From Chloroflexota bacterium (lineage in GTDB: Bacteria; Chloroflexota; UBA6077; FW602-bin22; JAMCYS01), in contig JAMCYS010000041.1 of NCBI GenBank assembly GCA_023473795.1, positions 14,370 to 78,369 on the forward strand: a stretch of DNA of 64,000 bases, read 5' to 3'. How positions within the stretch are numbered: position 1 is the stretch's first letter; each line of letters opens with the position of its first letter. A program made the position numbers and the translations under genes. Under the pieces are notes generated by a model. That model ran no database searches. It saw only the letters and a list, made by a program, of their open reading frames with translations, and was not told the DNA's origin. Positions 56,312 to 64,000 of this stretch are shown piece after piece.

Positions 56312-59274
56312 GGGTTGACCTCCACCACCACTCCCGGCAAAGCGACTGAATCGCCGGCAAGCCGTTCGCCGTTCAACACTGCGGGCAGACGATGGTCGTC
56401 CGGGCCGTACATCCCGACCAGCAGCCGGTAGCGACCGGGCGGCACGTCGCCCCCCACCGCAATTTGCCTGGCGTCGCTGACGAACTCGCCGGCCAGCCAG
56501 CCCGTCGTGGGCCGCTCGCCCTGTCCTGGAGGGGCATCTTGCTGGGCCCATGGTCTGCCTTCTGCATCCGCCAGGTGCACGAACACCGTGTAGTTCGTCG
56601 CCGTGGCTGCGCGGGATTGCCAGACCAGGTTGAGATCAATCCGCCCGCCCGTCTTCACCGTCAAGCCTCCGTCTTTCAGCCCGGGGAGATCGAATCCGTA
56701 AAGAGAGGCGACTTCCCCGAACTGCGCCTCAACCTTGCCGGCAACAACGGGCGCGCTTAGTAGGTGCGGCAGCTCGGTTACGATCAGACTGCCCAGGACA
56801 AGGCTACTTCCGTCGCCCACGGAGAGCGGCAGGTCGCCGTCTTTCGGCAGCACAGACAGCGTCAGCTCATACTCGCCGGCCGGCAGGTTAGCGGGCAGGA
56901 GCAGACGATACTGTCCACGCAGGCGTTCTCCGGGAGCCCAGGCCGACGTAGGATAGCCTAGTGCCAGGGGCTCGCGCAACAGCATTCCGCGGCCGTCGCC
57001 TGCCAGACCCAATGCCACGTCGAAGTCGGCCCCTCCGTCTCTCTGCCAGTATAGGCTGAGATCGAACGACTGACCCTGCGCCAACTGCCCCGGCAGGAGG
57101 CTGTGGCCCAACAGACTCAGGTCGCCCCCGCCGGCCGGCGATGCGAACCGCGCCTCCTGGGGGACGGCAACAGCCAATTCCGTCAGGGTCGGAGCGTGGT
57201 CGCCCGAAGCGGGCAGCACGGTGATCTGCCCAAGGTCCAAACGCGTACCCACGGGCTGGCCGTTAGCCTCCACCCGACTCAGCTCCCGCAGCCCCGGCGT
57301 GAGGTGTACGTTCAATTCGAGCGTGTAGTTGCCTGGCGGCGTACCGGGGGGAATAGCAGTCGGGCACATCCCCCGAACCGTCCTGTTCGTCGACCAGCGC
57401 GCCGGGGGCAGGTAGTGGCCGCTGATGCGCTGACCCGCGCTGCCCCACACGAAACCGCGAGAGTCTCGCAGGGCGACGCTGAGACCGATGTCCTCGCCCA
57501 GCGGCCTGGTCGTGTCCCAATAGAACGCCAGGTCGGCGACTTCGCCGGGCCGTAGCTCGCCCGTCTTCAAATCATAACCCCACAGGCGCAGGCCATTCTC
57601 GTAGTCCGCGCGCAGCGCTTGCTCTGGCGTGCCCGCGAAGACCACGTCGGGCGGCAGCTCGTAGAGGTTGAGTCGCACGCCGGTGTACTCTGTTCCCAGC
57701 GGCACCTGGCGGCCGTACTTGCCCAGCAATCCGCCCACCGTCTGGGTGGCGTCAGTAACTTCCTCCTGCCAGAGAAGATGCCAGACCCGCGTGTGCCCTT
57801 TTACCATTTCGTTGAGTCGCTTAGCGACCAGGGCAACGTTGGGGGCAGCACCGGGCCCTGCCGCGTCAAGACCAAACCAGGGAAGACTCCCGTGGTAGTA
57901 GTAGAGAAAGCTCTGATACATGTTGCGAGTAAGGAGAATCACATCGCCCGGCTGGGCACTCGCCTCGATGGTGTGGATGGCGGCGCGATAGTCGTCTTTC
58001 GCCCATTCCGGGCCGTAGTAGACCTGCCAGGTACCGGCAGCAGAGTAGCCGCCTATAGCCAAGATCAGTAGCGCGCTGAGCAGCGTGGCGAGAGTGCTCG
58101 CGGCCGACCAGCGTTTCGCCAGCCACCCCCCAACAGAATAGAGCGAGGCCAGGGCGCGGGCCAGCACCAGATAGAAGGCGGGTGTGATGATGATCAAGTA
58201 GCGCTCGGCGAACTTGGGATAACCGTAGCTGACTCCGTAAACGGCCAGCAGCGGCACCAGCACTGAGACGGCCAGGAAAAGCTCCCCCCGCTGGCTGCGC
58301 AGCGCGCCCTTCCAGACAAGAACCACCAGACCCAGCGCAAAGAGAGCGGCGAAGCCGAGCAACGCAGGGCTCGCCACGGCGCTGGGGACGCCGAGGGCAA
58401 AAACGGAGAAGGTGCGAGCCGCCACCGCCCAGAGGTCTAGCGTGCCCGGCCAGTAGTCCGGGTGCAGCCAGAGGTTGGTCGCCTGGCCGAGCAGTCCGGC
58501 CAGCCAGGGGAGGTAAAGGATGCACATTCCAGCGACCGCCAGAAGGAAGGGACGCCACACACGGCGCCAGTCCCGCCACCCTAGTGATAGGTACAGCGCC
58601 TGTGCCAGCAGCACGAACCCGGCGTAGTAGTGGGTGTAAAGCGCGAGGGCACTGGTCACCGCATACAGCCACCACCAGCGTCGGCCCCGACCGAGTAACG
58701 CGCGCCACAGCGACCACGAGGCGAGAGTCACCCAGAAAGCCACAGCAATGTAGTTGCGCGCCTCCTGCGAGTAGTAGACGAGGAATGGAGAGAGCGCCAC
58801 GAGGATGGCAGCCGCTAGGCCTGCCAGCTCGGCTTCGGCCAGAACACGGCCCGTCGGCGAGACTAGGTCCTTGGCCAGCCTGTAGACAAGCGGCACCAGA
58901 AGGACGCCGAAAGACGCCGAAAGGAAGCGGACGGCGAATTCACTGTCGCCTGCCATCAGCATCCAGTAGTGCAAGGTGACTATGTAGAGGGGCGGATGGA
59001 TATCATCCGTGATCAGCTTGGAGAGCAGCTGTCCCAGGTCGGGCCGGGCGAAGAGGATGCTCAGGCCCTCGTCCAACCAGATGCTTTGCGCCCCCAGGCG
59101 ATAGACGCGTGCCGCGAACGCGAGAGCGGCGACGACTCCCAGAAGTACCCCCAGCCAGCGGAAAGACGGAAGTGAGTTTCTCTGCAACGAAGAGCGCTCC
59201 CTCTGGGTGGCAAGGCTGTCGCCGGGCAGACTACTCTGACCTAGTTCTGTTGTCAAACCCGGCCTGGCGGTCAC
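56308..59274 (-). CDS. GT-C fold glycosyltransferase (PMT_2-like), paralogue 2, with three C-terminal modules
   Basis: YRLGAQSIWLDEGLSILFA, DIHPPLYIVTLHYW, a polytopic N-terminal ~550 aa. The C-terminal 435 aa are three tandem related modules. Confidence 0.8.
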   Translation of the reverse strand: MTARPGLTTELGQSSLPGDSLATQRERSSLQRNSLPSFRWLGVLLGVVAALAFAARVYRLGAQSIWLDEGLSILFARPDLGQLLSKLITDDIHPPLYIVTLHYWMLMAGDSEFAVRFLSASFGVLLVPLVYRLAKDLVSPTGRVLAEAELAGLAAAILVALSPFLVYYSQEARNYIAVAFWVTLASWSLWRALLGRGRRWWWLYAVTSALALYTHYYAGFVLLAQALYLSLGWRDWRRVWRPFLLAVAGMCILYLPWLAGLLGQATNLWLHPDYWPGTLDLWAVAARTFSVFALGVPSAVASPALLGFAALFALGLVVLVWKGALRSQRGELFLAVSVLVPLLAVYGVSYGYPKFAERYLIIITPAFYLVLARALASLYSVGGWLAKRWSAASTLATLLSALLILAIGGYSAAGTWQVYYGPEWAKDDYRAAIHTIEASAQPGDVILLTRNMYQSFLYYYHGSLPWFGLDAAGPGAAPNVALVAKRLNEMVKGHTRVWHLLWQEEVTDATQTVGGLLGKYGRQVPLGTEYTGVRLNLYELPPDVVFAGTPEQALRADYENGLRLWGYDLKTGELRPGEVADLAFYWDTTRPLGEDIGLSVALRDSRGFVWGSAGQRISGHYLPPARWSTNRTVRGMCPTAIPPGTPPGNYTLELNVHLTPGLRELSRVEANGQPVGTRLDLGQITVLPASGDHAPTLTELAVAVPQEARFASPAGGGDLSLLGHSLLPGQLAQGQSFDLSLYWQRDGGADFDVALGLAGDGRGMLLREPLALGYPTSAWAPGERLRGQYRLLLPANLPAGEYELTLSVLPKDGDLPLSVGDGSSLVLGSLIVTELPHLLSAPVVAGKVEAQFGEVASLYGFDLPGLKDGGLTVKTGGRIDLNLVWQSRAATATNYTVFVHLADAEGRPWAQQDAPPGQGERPTTGWLAGEFVSDARQIAVGGDVPPGRYRLLVGMYGPDDHRLPAVLNGERLAGDSVALPGVVVEVNP

Positions 59275-62120
59275 TCGCGCAGCTCCAGGGTGGCAAGGAT
59301 GGCGCGGTTGTCTGCCGGCGCCGTCTCGCTCACGCTAACTGGCAAACGTTCCATCGTCTTGGGATCGTACAAACCCACTTCAATCTGATACGTGCCGGCA
59401 GGGGCGCCTGGGCGGAGTGACAAGTCGTACACGTCGGTGAGCACCTCGCCCTTGGCCCAACCCGCGGTCGGCCGCCCGCCGTCCAGAGGCGGGCTATCAT
59501 GCTGGCCCCAGACGACGTCGCCGGGGCCAAGGAGGTGGGCGAAAGCGGTATAGTTGCCACCAACCGGCCCGAGGCATCGCCAGTACAGCGTGAGGCGCAG
59601 GGGCCGGTCGCGCCGCAGACTGACTGAGTCCAAGTCGAACCCCAGCAGCTCGATGGCGTCGCCCAGCCGCGCGCCCACTGCAGTCTGCGGCGACGGCAAC
59701 TCGTAACTGCGTTTGGGCTCCGCTAGCGTGAGCGAGCCGATAGTCTGTGGCTCCGTTTCTTGGCCATTAGTTCCGACGAGAGAAACCCGCACCTGGTACT
59801 CTCCCGCCGCCAGGTCAGGCGGCAATGCCAGCTCTCTTCGCTCCGTCACCAGCTCACCTGCCGCCCAGCCGCTGGTCGCATAGCGCCCGTACACCGGCGC
59901 CCCCTGGGATACGACGAGAGCCGTGCCCGTTCCCGCAGCCCGCAGAGCGACGCGCACCATCAGGTCCACCACCGGCCGCTCGGGCGCATACCAGGTCAGT
60001 TCTATTAGCGGTTTCTCACCCGGGCGCAAGGTTCCCTGCGGCAATCGCGCCCCTACCAGCTCAAGGGGGCCAAAGTCGTGCAATCTGCTCGCCGGCCGCG
60101 GCGGCTGCGGACGGCTCGCGGTAGAGGGGCTGATAACCCGCACGCGCCCCAACGCGACCTCTGTACCTAGCGGTCGCCCGGCGGCGTCCAGCAAGTCGAG
60201 CCGTTCGGCCGAACCCACTTGGTGAAGAATGCAGCGTATCTCGTAGTCGCCCTGAGGGAGCCCAGCCTGGAGGTTGAGCAAGTAGAAATCAGTCGTTTCT
60301 TCGTTTGGCCACCAACGGGAACTGTACACGTGAGCGCTGTTGATGAGAGCTTGTCCCACCATGCCGACGACCACGCCTCGTTCGTCGTGCAGGGTCAGCA
60401 ACGCCGCCAGGTCCTTGCCCTGGCTGTTTTCCACCCGCCAGCGCAGCGCCAGGGGCAACGTTCCGCCAGAGACAACCCCAACCGCGTCGCCCGCCGGCAT
60501 CAGATCGCGGCCTGGTCCCAACGCCACCCCCACTAGCCGCACCGGACCGACGTAAGTCGACTGCCGCGGCTGCAGAACGGGAGCGCGAAAGGCCGTCGGG
60601 CCATCGACCCGGTAACGGTCGACGGCGAAGCCGGCGAAGGTCAGCTCGTCGAGCCACTCGGTCTGAGAGCGAAGGTAGTGGGCAACCAGTTCCTTGGCGT
60701 CATAGCTGCTCTGCAGCCAACGCACGTGATAGACGTACTCCCGGCCCGGTACGTTCTTGTTGAGGCGGGCCAACAGCTGATCGTCGTTCTGACCTTCTTC
60801 CGGCAAGATCACGTAGGGGGCTTGCCAGCTTCTGCCGTAGTAGCGAAAAGGCGGGTCGGTGTCGATTAGTACCACATCTTTGGCGGTGGCGTGGGCAGCG
60901 ATGTACTGGGCCACGCCCCGGGCATCGTCCCTCACTGCCACCGAGCCGTGCTCGATGCCAACCAGCCCCGTGCCGATGAAGAAGGCGCTAGCCGCGAGCC
61001 CCAGCGCCAAGGGCGCTCGCCGGCCGCGGCTGAGTCCGATAGCCAGCAGCAGGCAATAGGCCGGCACGGCCTGCACTACATAGCGCGGATGATACATCGG
61101 CCGTTGCAGCGCAGCGTATATGACCGGAACCACCGTCAGCATTAGCCAGCCTGCGGCCGCCAGCACCGCGAACCTGTGCCGCCGCTCGAACAGCCCCACT
61201 AGAAGCGCCAGGCAGGTGAGCGCCGTGGCCGCGGCCAAAGGCGCCGTGAGGTCGCTGTCCCACGGCCAGGGCCCGAGATTCAGGGCTAGCCAAGAACGCT
61301 GGGCCAGTTCCTGCGCCGTGAGTCTGGGCAGCCAGTCGCTGCCGTAGACCTGGAGACGCTGAACCGCAGTCGGCAGCCAGGGAACGAAGAGGGCCAGAGC
61401 GGCGACTTGCACGCACAGCCAGGCCAACAGCCGGCGAGGATGCCGCCAGCCTCCCGCGACGTAGGCCAGCAACGCCGCCAGGGAAAGCGCCGCCAGGGGT
61501 AGCGCTACGTAGTAGTGAGCGTAGAGCGCCGCCGCCTCGACCGCTGGCAGAGCAAGCCAGGGGAGCCTCTGGTTGGTTCGCCAGGCTAGGGTCAACAGAC
61601 AGGCGATAAGGCACACGAGAAACGTGGCTAGGGCATACATCCGCGCCTCTTGAGAGGCGTAAACGAGAAGTGGCGAGGTTGATGCCAAGACGGCTGCCAA
61701 CAGGGCCGCCTTGCCGTCCACCAGCAGCGCCGCTACTCGCCAGACCAGCGCCACGGTCAGGGTGCCACACAGTACCGACAACCAACGCAGGGCAAACTCA
61801 CTGTCGCCAAAGGGCTGTTGCCAGAGCCGCACCAGAAGGAAGTACAGTGGCGGATGGACATCATTGGCCAGGGTTGCAAAGAGGTCCGGCAGTGGTTTGT
61901 TGCCGACCAGCAGGCTGTGCCCTTCGTCGTACCAGAAGCCCCAATCGTTCAGTCCGCGCAGGCGCACGGCGTAGGCAGCTGCCAGAACCAACAGGGCACC
62001 GGCCAGCGAGGCAGCTCGCGCGCTCGTTTGGTGGCCATCCCGCATTGACAGTGTAAGCCCATCGCGCAGCACTTGCGTCTTAGACCACCCTCCGCGTGTG
62101 CAGACGCCTGCCAAAGGCAC
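59271..62120 (-). CDS. GT-C fold glycosyltransferase (PMT_2-like), paralogue 3, with three C-terminal modules
   Basis: NDWGFWYDEGHSLLVG, DVHPPLYFLLVRLW, a polytopic N-terminal half. The C-terminal 427 aa are three tandem modules. The start is uncertain (GTG 62120 or ATG 62045). Confidence 0.8.
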   Translation of the reverse strand: MPLAGVCTRGGWSKTQVLRDGLTLSMRDGHQTSARAASLAGALLVLAAAYAVRLRGLNDWGFWYDEGHSLLVGNKPLPDLFATLANDVHPPLYFLLVRLWQQPFGDSEFALRWLSVLCGTLTVALVWRVAALLVDGKAALLAAVLASTSPLLVYASQEARMYALATFLVCLIACLLTLAWRTNQRLPWLALPAVEAAALYAHYYVALPLAALSLAALLAYVAGGWRHPRRLLAWLCVQVAALALFVPWLPTAVQRLQVYGSDWLPRLTAQELAQRSWLALNLGPWPWDSDLTAPLAAATALTCLALLVGLFERRHRFAVLAAAGWLMLTVVPVIYAALQRPMYHPRYVVQAVPAYCLLLAIGLSRGRRAPLALGLAASAFFIGTGLVGIEHGSVAVRDDARGVAQYIAAHATAKDVVLIDTDPPFRYYGRSWQAPYVILPEEGQNDDQLLARLNKNVPGREYVYHVRWLQSSYDAKELVAHYLRSQTEWLDELTFAGFAVDRYRVDGPTAFRAPVLQPRQSTYVGPVRLVGVALGPGRDLMPAGDAVGVVSGGTLPLALRWRVENSQGKDLAALLTLHDERGVVVGMVGQALINSAHVYSSRWWPNEETTDFYLLNLQAGLPQGDYEIRCILHQVGSAERLDLLDAAGRPLGTEVALGRVRVISPSTASRPQPPRPASRLHDFGPLELVGARLPQGTLRPGEKPLIELTWYAPERPVVDLMVRVALRAAGTGTALVVSQGAPVYGRYATSGWAAGELVTERRELALPPDLAAGEYQVRVSLVGTNGQETEPQTIGSLTLAEPKRSYELPSPQTAVGARLGDAIELLGFDLDSVSLRRDRPLRLTLYWRCLGPVGGNYTAFAHLLGPGDVVWGQHDSPPLDGGRPTAGWAKGEVLTDVYDLSLRPGAPAGTYQIEVGLYDPKTMERLPVSVSETAPADNRAILATLELRE

Positions 62121-62146
62121 CTGCCCGATACCAGGACGAATAAGGC

Positions 62147-64000
62147 TCAGTTGCGTTTCAGATCGAAACTCGCCAGCTCTACATAGTCACCGCCACTCAC
62201 GGGCAGGCGCTTGCCACTGGCAAGGTCGTACCAGCCAACTATCAGCCGGTAGGTCCCCGGCGGCGCCTGGGGATCAAGCGCGAGCGAGTAGCGGTCTAAC
62301 ACGATTTCGCCGCGCGACCATCCTGACGTAGGACAGCTGCCGGCGATGGGTTGTCCGTCCTTCTGCCCATGCACCTTACCGTCCGGTCCAATGAGCTGAG
62401 TGAAGACCGTGTAGTCCGTCGGCACTTCGCCAACAGCCTGCCAGGCCACCTCCAAGGCCACCTGCTGGCCGGGGACCGTGGGCAGGCCCAGTGGCGCCCG
62501 CCAGCCCGAGAGGACAATTGCATCGCCGAACTTGTCCCCTCGGCCGGACAACGGCGGCTGTACCGCAGGCTGGCCAGCAGTCGCTAAGAGGCTCAGGCGG
62601 AACTCGCCCAGTTGCTCCACGTACAGCGTGCTAGTGACCGCTCCCAGCTGCTGCTCGAACAGACTTGGCGGACAGGCGCCAGTCTCACACCAGTCGAGCA
62701 GCCAGACTCGCCTATGCTCGTTCAGCACCCTGGCAGCCGCGCTGCGCGCCGCTGGCGCGTCCCGGGACCACTCAGGCGCCAGCCAACCGAACCCAGGTTG
62801 TGGCGCCGGCAGGTAGGCGCGAGCATAACCGGCGCCCCAGGCCTGGTTAGAGAGCAGCGCGTCTCCCAGCTGTTGCATGCCGGCTACACGCCCGAGAAGG
62901 GGAAGATAGTCGCTAGAGGCATAGGCCGTGCGCGGGGTGACGTAGTGATAGTACAGTCCAAAAGCCCCCGAGGACAAGAGCAAGACGACGCAGACTCCAG
63001 CGAGCGGCCGGGAGCGCCGCCAGAGCAAAGCCACCCCCACGCCCGCTAGACCGTACAGTGCCATAGCGGAGTAGAGCACGAACCGAGGAAAGAGGAAGGC
63101 CCGCTGGGTGGCAATGGCATAGGCCAGCACCGGCGGCATGAGCAGCCACAAGATTACGAGCCACGGAGCCCCTGGCGACCGCCAGCGGCCGGCCAGTAGC
63201 CCAATCAGACCGAACAGGTAGAGGACGGCCGCGCCCAGATACGTCCAGGGGGCAATCTCGGTAAAGCCGGTGGCAAAGGCCAAGGCGAAAACCCGCAGGA
63301 AGTGAGGCACCTCGGCTAGGCCGTAGGTGGGGCCGGCGACGCTCAGGTAATCAGCCCGGCCCAGAGCCAGCGCAGTGGCGGCCAGCCAAGGCGCGAAGAG
63401 AAGGAAGGTCACGACTTGCCCAGCGGCCCAGGGGCGAAAGCCGCGCCGCCGCACAAACCAGCCGGCCAGGAAGAACAGGTCTTGGGCGACTACCAAGAGC
63501 GCCACGTAATAGTAGGTCCACAGCCCGGCGGCTGTAAACAAGACGTACCAAATGGTCGCCCGCCTCCGCTGAGCGGTAGACTCGGCCTGCCAGAATCCGA
63601 CGAAGGCCCAGAGCGAACCTATGGCCAGCAGGGGCATCAAGGCGTACATGCGCAGTTCCTGGCTGTAGAAGACGTGGACGGGCGAGACGGCGAGCAGACA
63701 GGCGGCGACAATAGCCGCCACCGGACCGGCCAGACGCCGTGTCAGAACGTAGAGCAGCGGCACATTCAGCACGCCCACAAGAGCCGAGAAGGCCCGAGCC
63801 GAGAAGACGCTGGGGCCCGCGAACCACGTCCAGACCGCGAGGAGTGCGTGGTAGAGTGGTGGATGGAGGTCGAGGGCGTACTCTTTCTGAAGGACGAGGC
63901 CGTTCAGGTCCAATCCGGCGAGATAGAGGCTGATACCCTCATCCCACCAGAGCGATTGGAAGGTGAGACGGTAGAGCCGCAACGCCAACGCCAGAGCAGC
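62147..64000 (-). CDS. GT-C fold glycosyltransferase (PMT_2-like), paralogue 4, with one C-terminal module; 5' end beyond the window
   Basis: The frame stays open to the window end. LYRLTFQSLWWDEGISLYLAG, DLHPPLYHALLAVW. The C-terminal 130 aa form the module (LEVAWQA...YTVFTQLIG...PTSGW...GTYRLIVGWYD). Confidence 0.8.
   Translation of the reverse strand, partial: AALALALRLYRLTFQSLWWDEGISLYLAGLDLNGLVLQKEYALDLHPPLYHALLAVWTWFAGPSVFSARAFSALVGVLNVPLLYVLTRRLAGPVAAIVAACLLAVSPVHVFYSQELRMYALMPLLAIGSLWAFVGFWQAESTAQRRRATIWYVLFTAAGLWTYYYVALLVVAQDLFFLAGWFVRRRGFRPWAAGQVVTFLLFAPWLAATALALGRADYLSVAGPTYGLAEVPHFLRVFALAFATGFTEIAPWTYLGAAVLYLFGLIGLLAGRWRSPGAPWLVILWLLMPPVLAYAIATQRAFLFPRFVLYSAMALYGLAGVGVALLWRRSRPLAGVCVVLLLSSGAFGLYYHYVTPRTAYASSDYLPLLGRVAGMQQLGDALLSNQAWGAGYARAYLPAPQPGFGWLAPEWSRDAPAARSAAARVLNEHRRVWLLDWCETGACPPSLFEQQLGAVTSTLYVEQLGEFRLSLLATAGQPAVQPPLSGRGDKFGDAIVLSGWRAPLGLPTVPGQQVALEVAWQAVGEVPTDYTVFTQLIGPDGKVHGQKDGQPIAGSCPTSGWSRGEIVLDRYSLALDPQAPPGTYRLIVGWYDLASGKRLPVSGGDYVELASFDLKRN

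Noticed and set aside
1-64000. A search for a CRISPR array, tRNA/rRNA/tmRNA/RNase P/SRP RNA, transposase or integrase genes, phage genes, toxin-antitoxin pairs or known defence-system genes.
   Set aside because: - None was recognised.
- Intergenic spaces are at most about 275 bp and contain no spaced direct-repeat arrays or tRNA-like cloverleaf sequences.
- This is an eye scan only. tRNAscan-SE, Infernal, and PADLOC or DefenseFinder would be needed for certainty.

Overview
The window is a densely coding, visibly GC-rich bacterial chromosome segment (roughly two-thirds G+C by eye, not computed). GTG/TTG starts and 4-nt start/stop overlaps are frequent.

Gene content includes PolX, MutS2, RNase J, tmk-darA, a Ycf45-like R3H ATPase and several leaderless-type promoters. 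This fits a high-GC monoderm-type lineage, possibly Chloroflexota. That is a guess and cannot be established without a search.

**Layout**
- 1-29 kb: housekeeping genes. These are a GT4 fragment, polX, a DUF2795 gene, a PRTase, an HD hydrolase, a family-4 UDG, rnj, ftsK, a minus-strand R3H-ATPase/tmk/darA/punA/metallopeptidase string, a rhomboid, an ABC1/UbiB kinase, two methyltransferases, a tatA fusion, mutS2, a gluconokinase-like kinase and two membrane proteins.
- 29-40 kb: one minus-strand block. A SAM-I riboswitch precedes mtnA, a PfkB kinase, ahcY and metK. This runs straight into a five-gene GDP-mannose / GDP-6-deoxyhexose set. apt lies upstream.
- 40-44 kb: mfd and pth.
- 44 kb to the window end: a glycan-assembly locus of at least 19.5 kb, all on the minus strand.

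**Best candidate for an undescribed system**
The glycan locus is the strongest candidate. It holds four tandem paralogous GT-C (PMT_2/ArnT-like) glycosyltransferases. Each is fused to one or three copies of a ~130-145-aa C-terminal module that I cannot name (eight copies in total). They sit with a WbaP-like initiating transferase, two GT2, two GT4, a Wzy_C protein and a membrane-tethered glycoside hydrolase. The arrangement resembles actinobacterial embCAB.

**Secondary oddities**
- A compositionally aberrant divergent intergenic region with a perfect 22-nt-arm palindrome.
- An in-frame TAG or upstream ORF ahead of the DUF2795 gene.
- A CTG-initiated UbiB-like gene.
- Leaderless-type promoters, one of them inside the metK 3' end.
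- TatA-zinc-ribbon and rhomboid-YGGT fusions.

**Limits**
I saw no rRNA, tRNA, CRISPR array, transposase or integrase, but that scan was by eye only. All family calls rest on motif recognition, not on searches.
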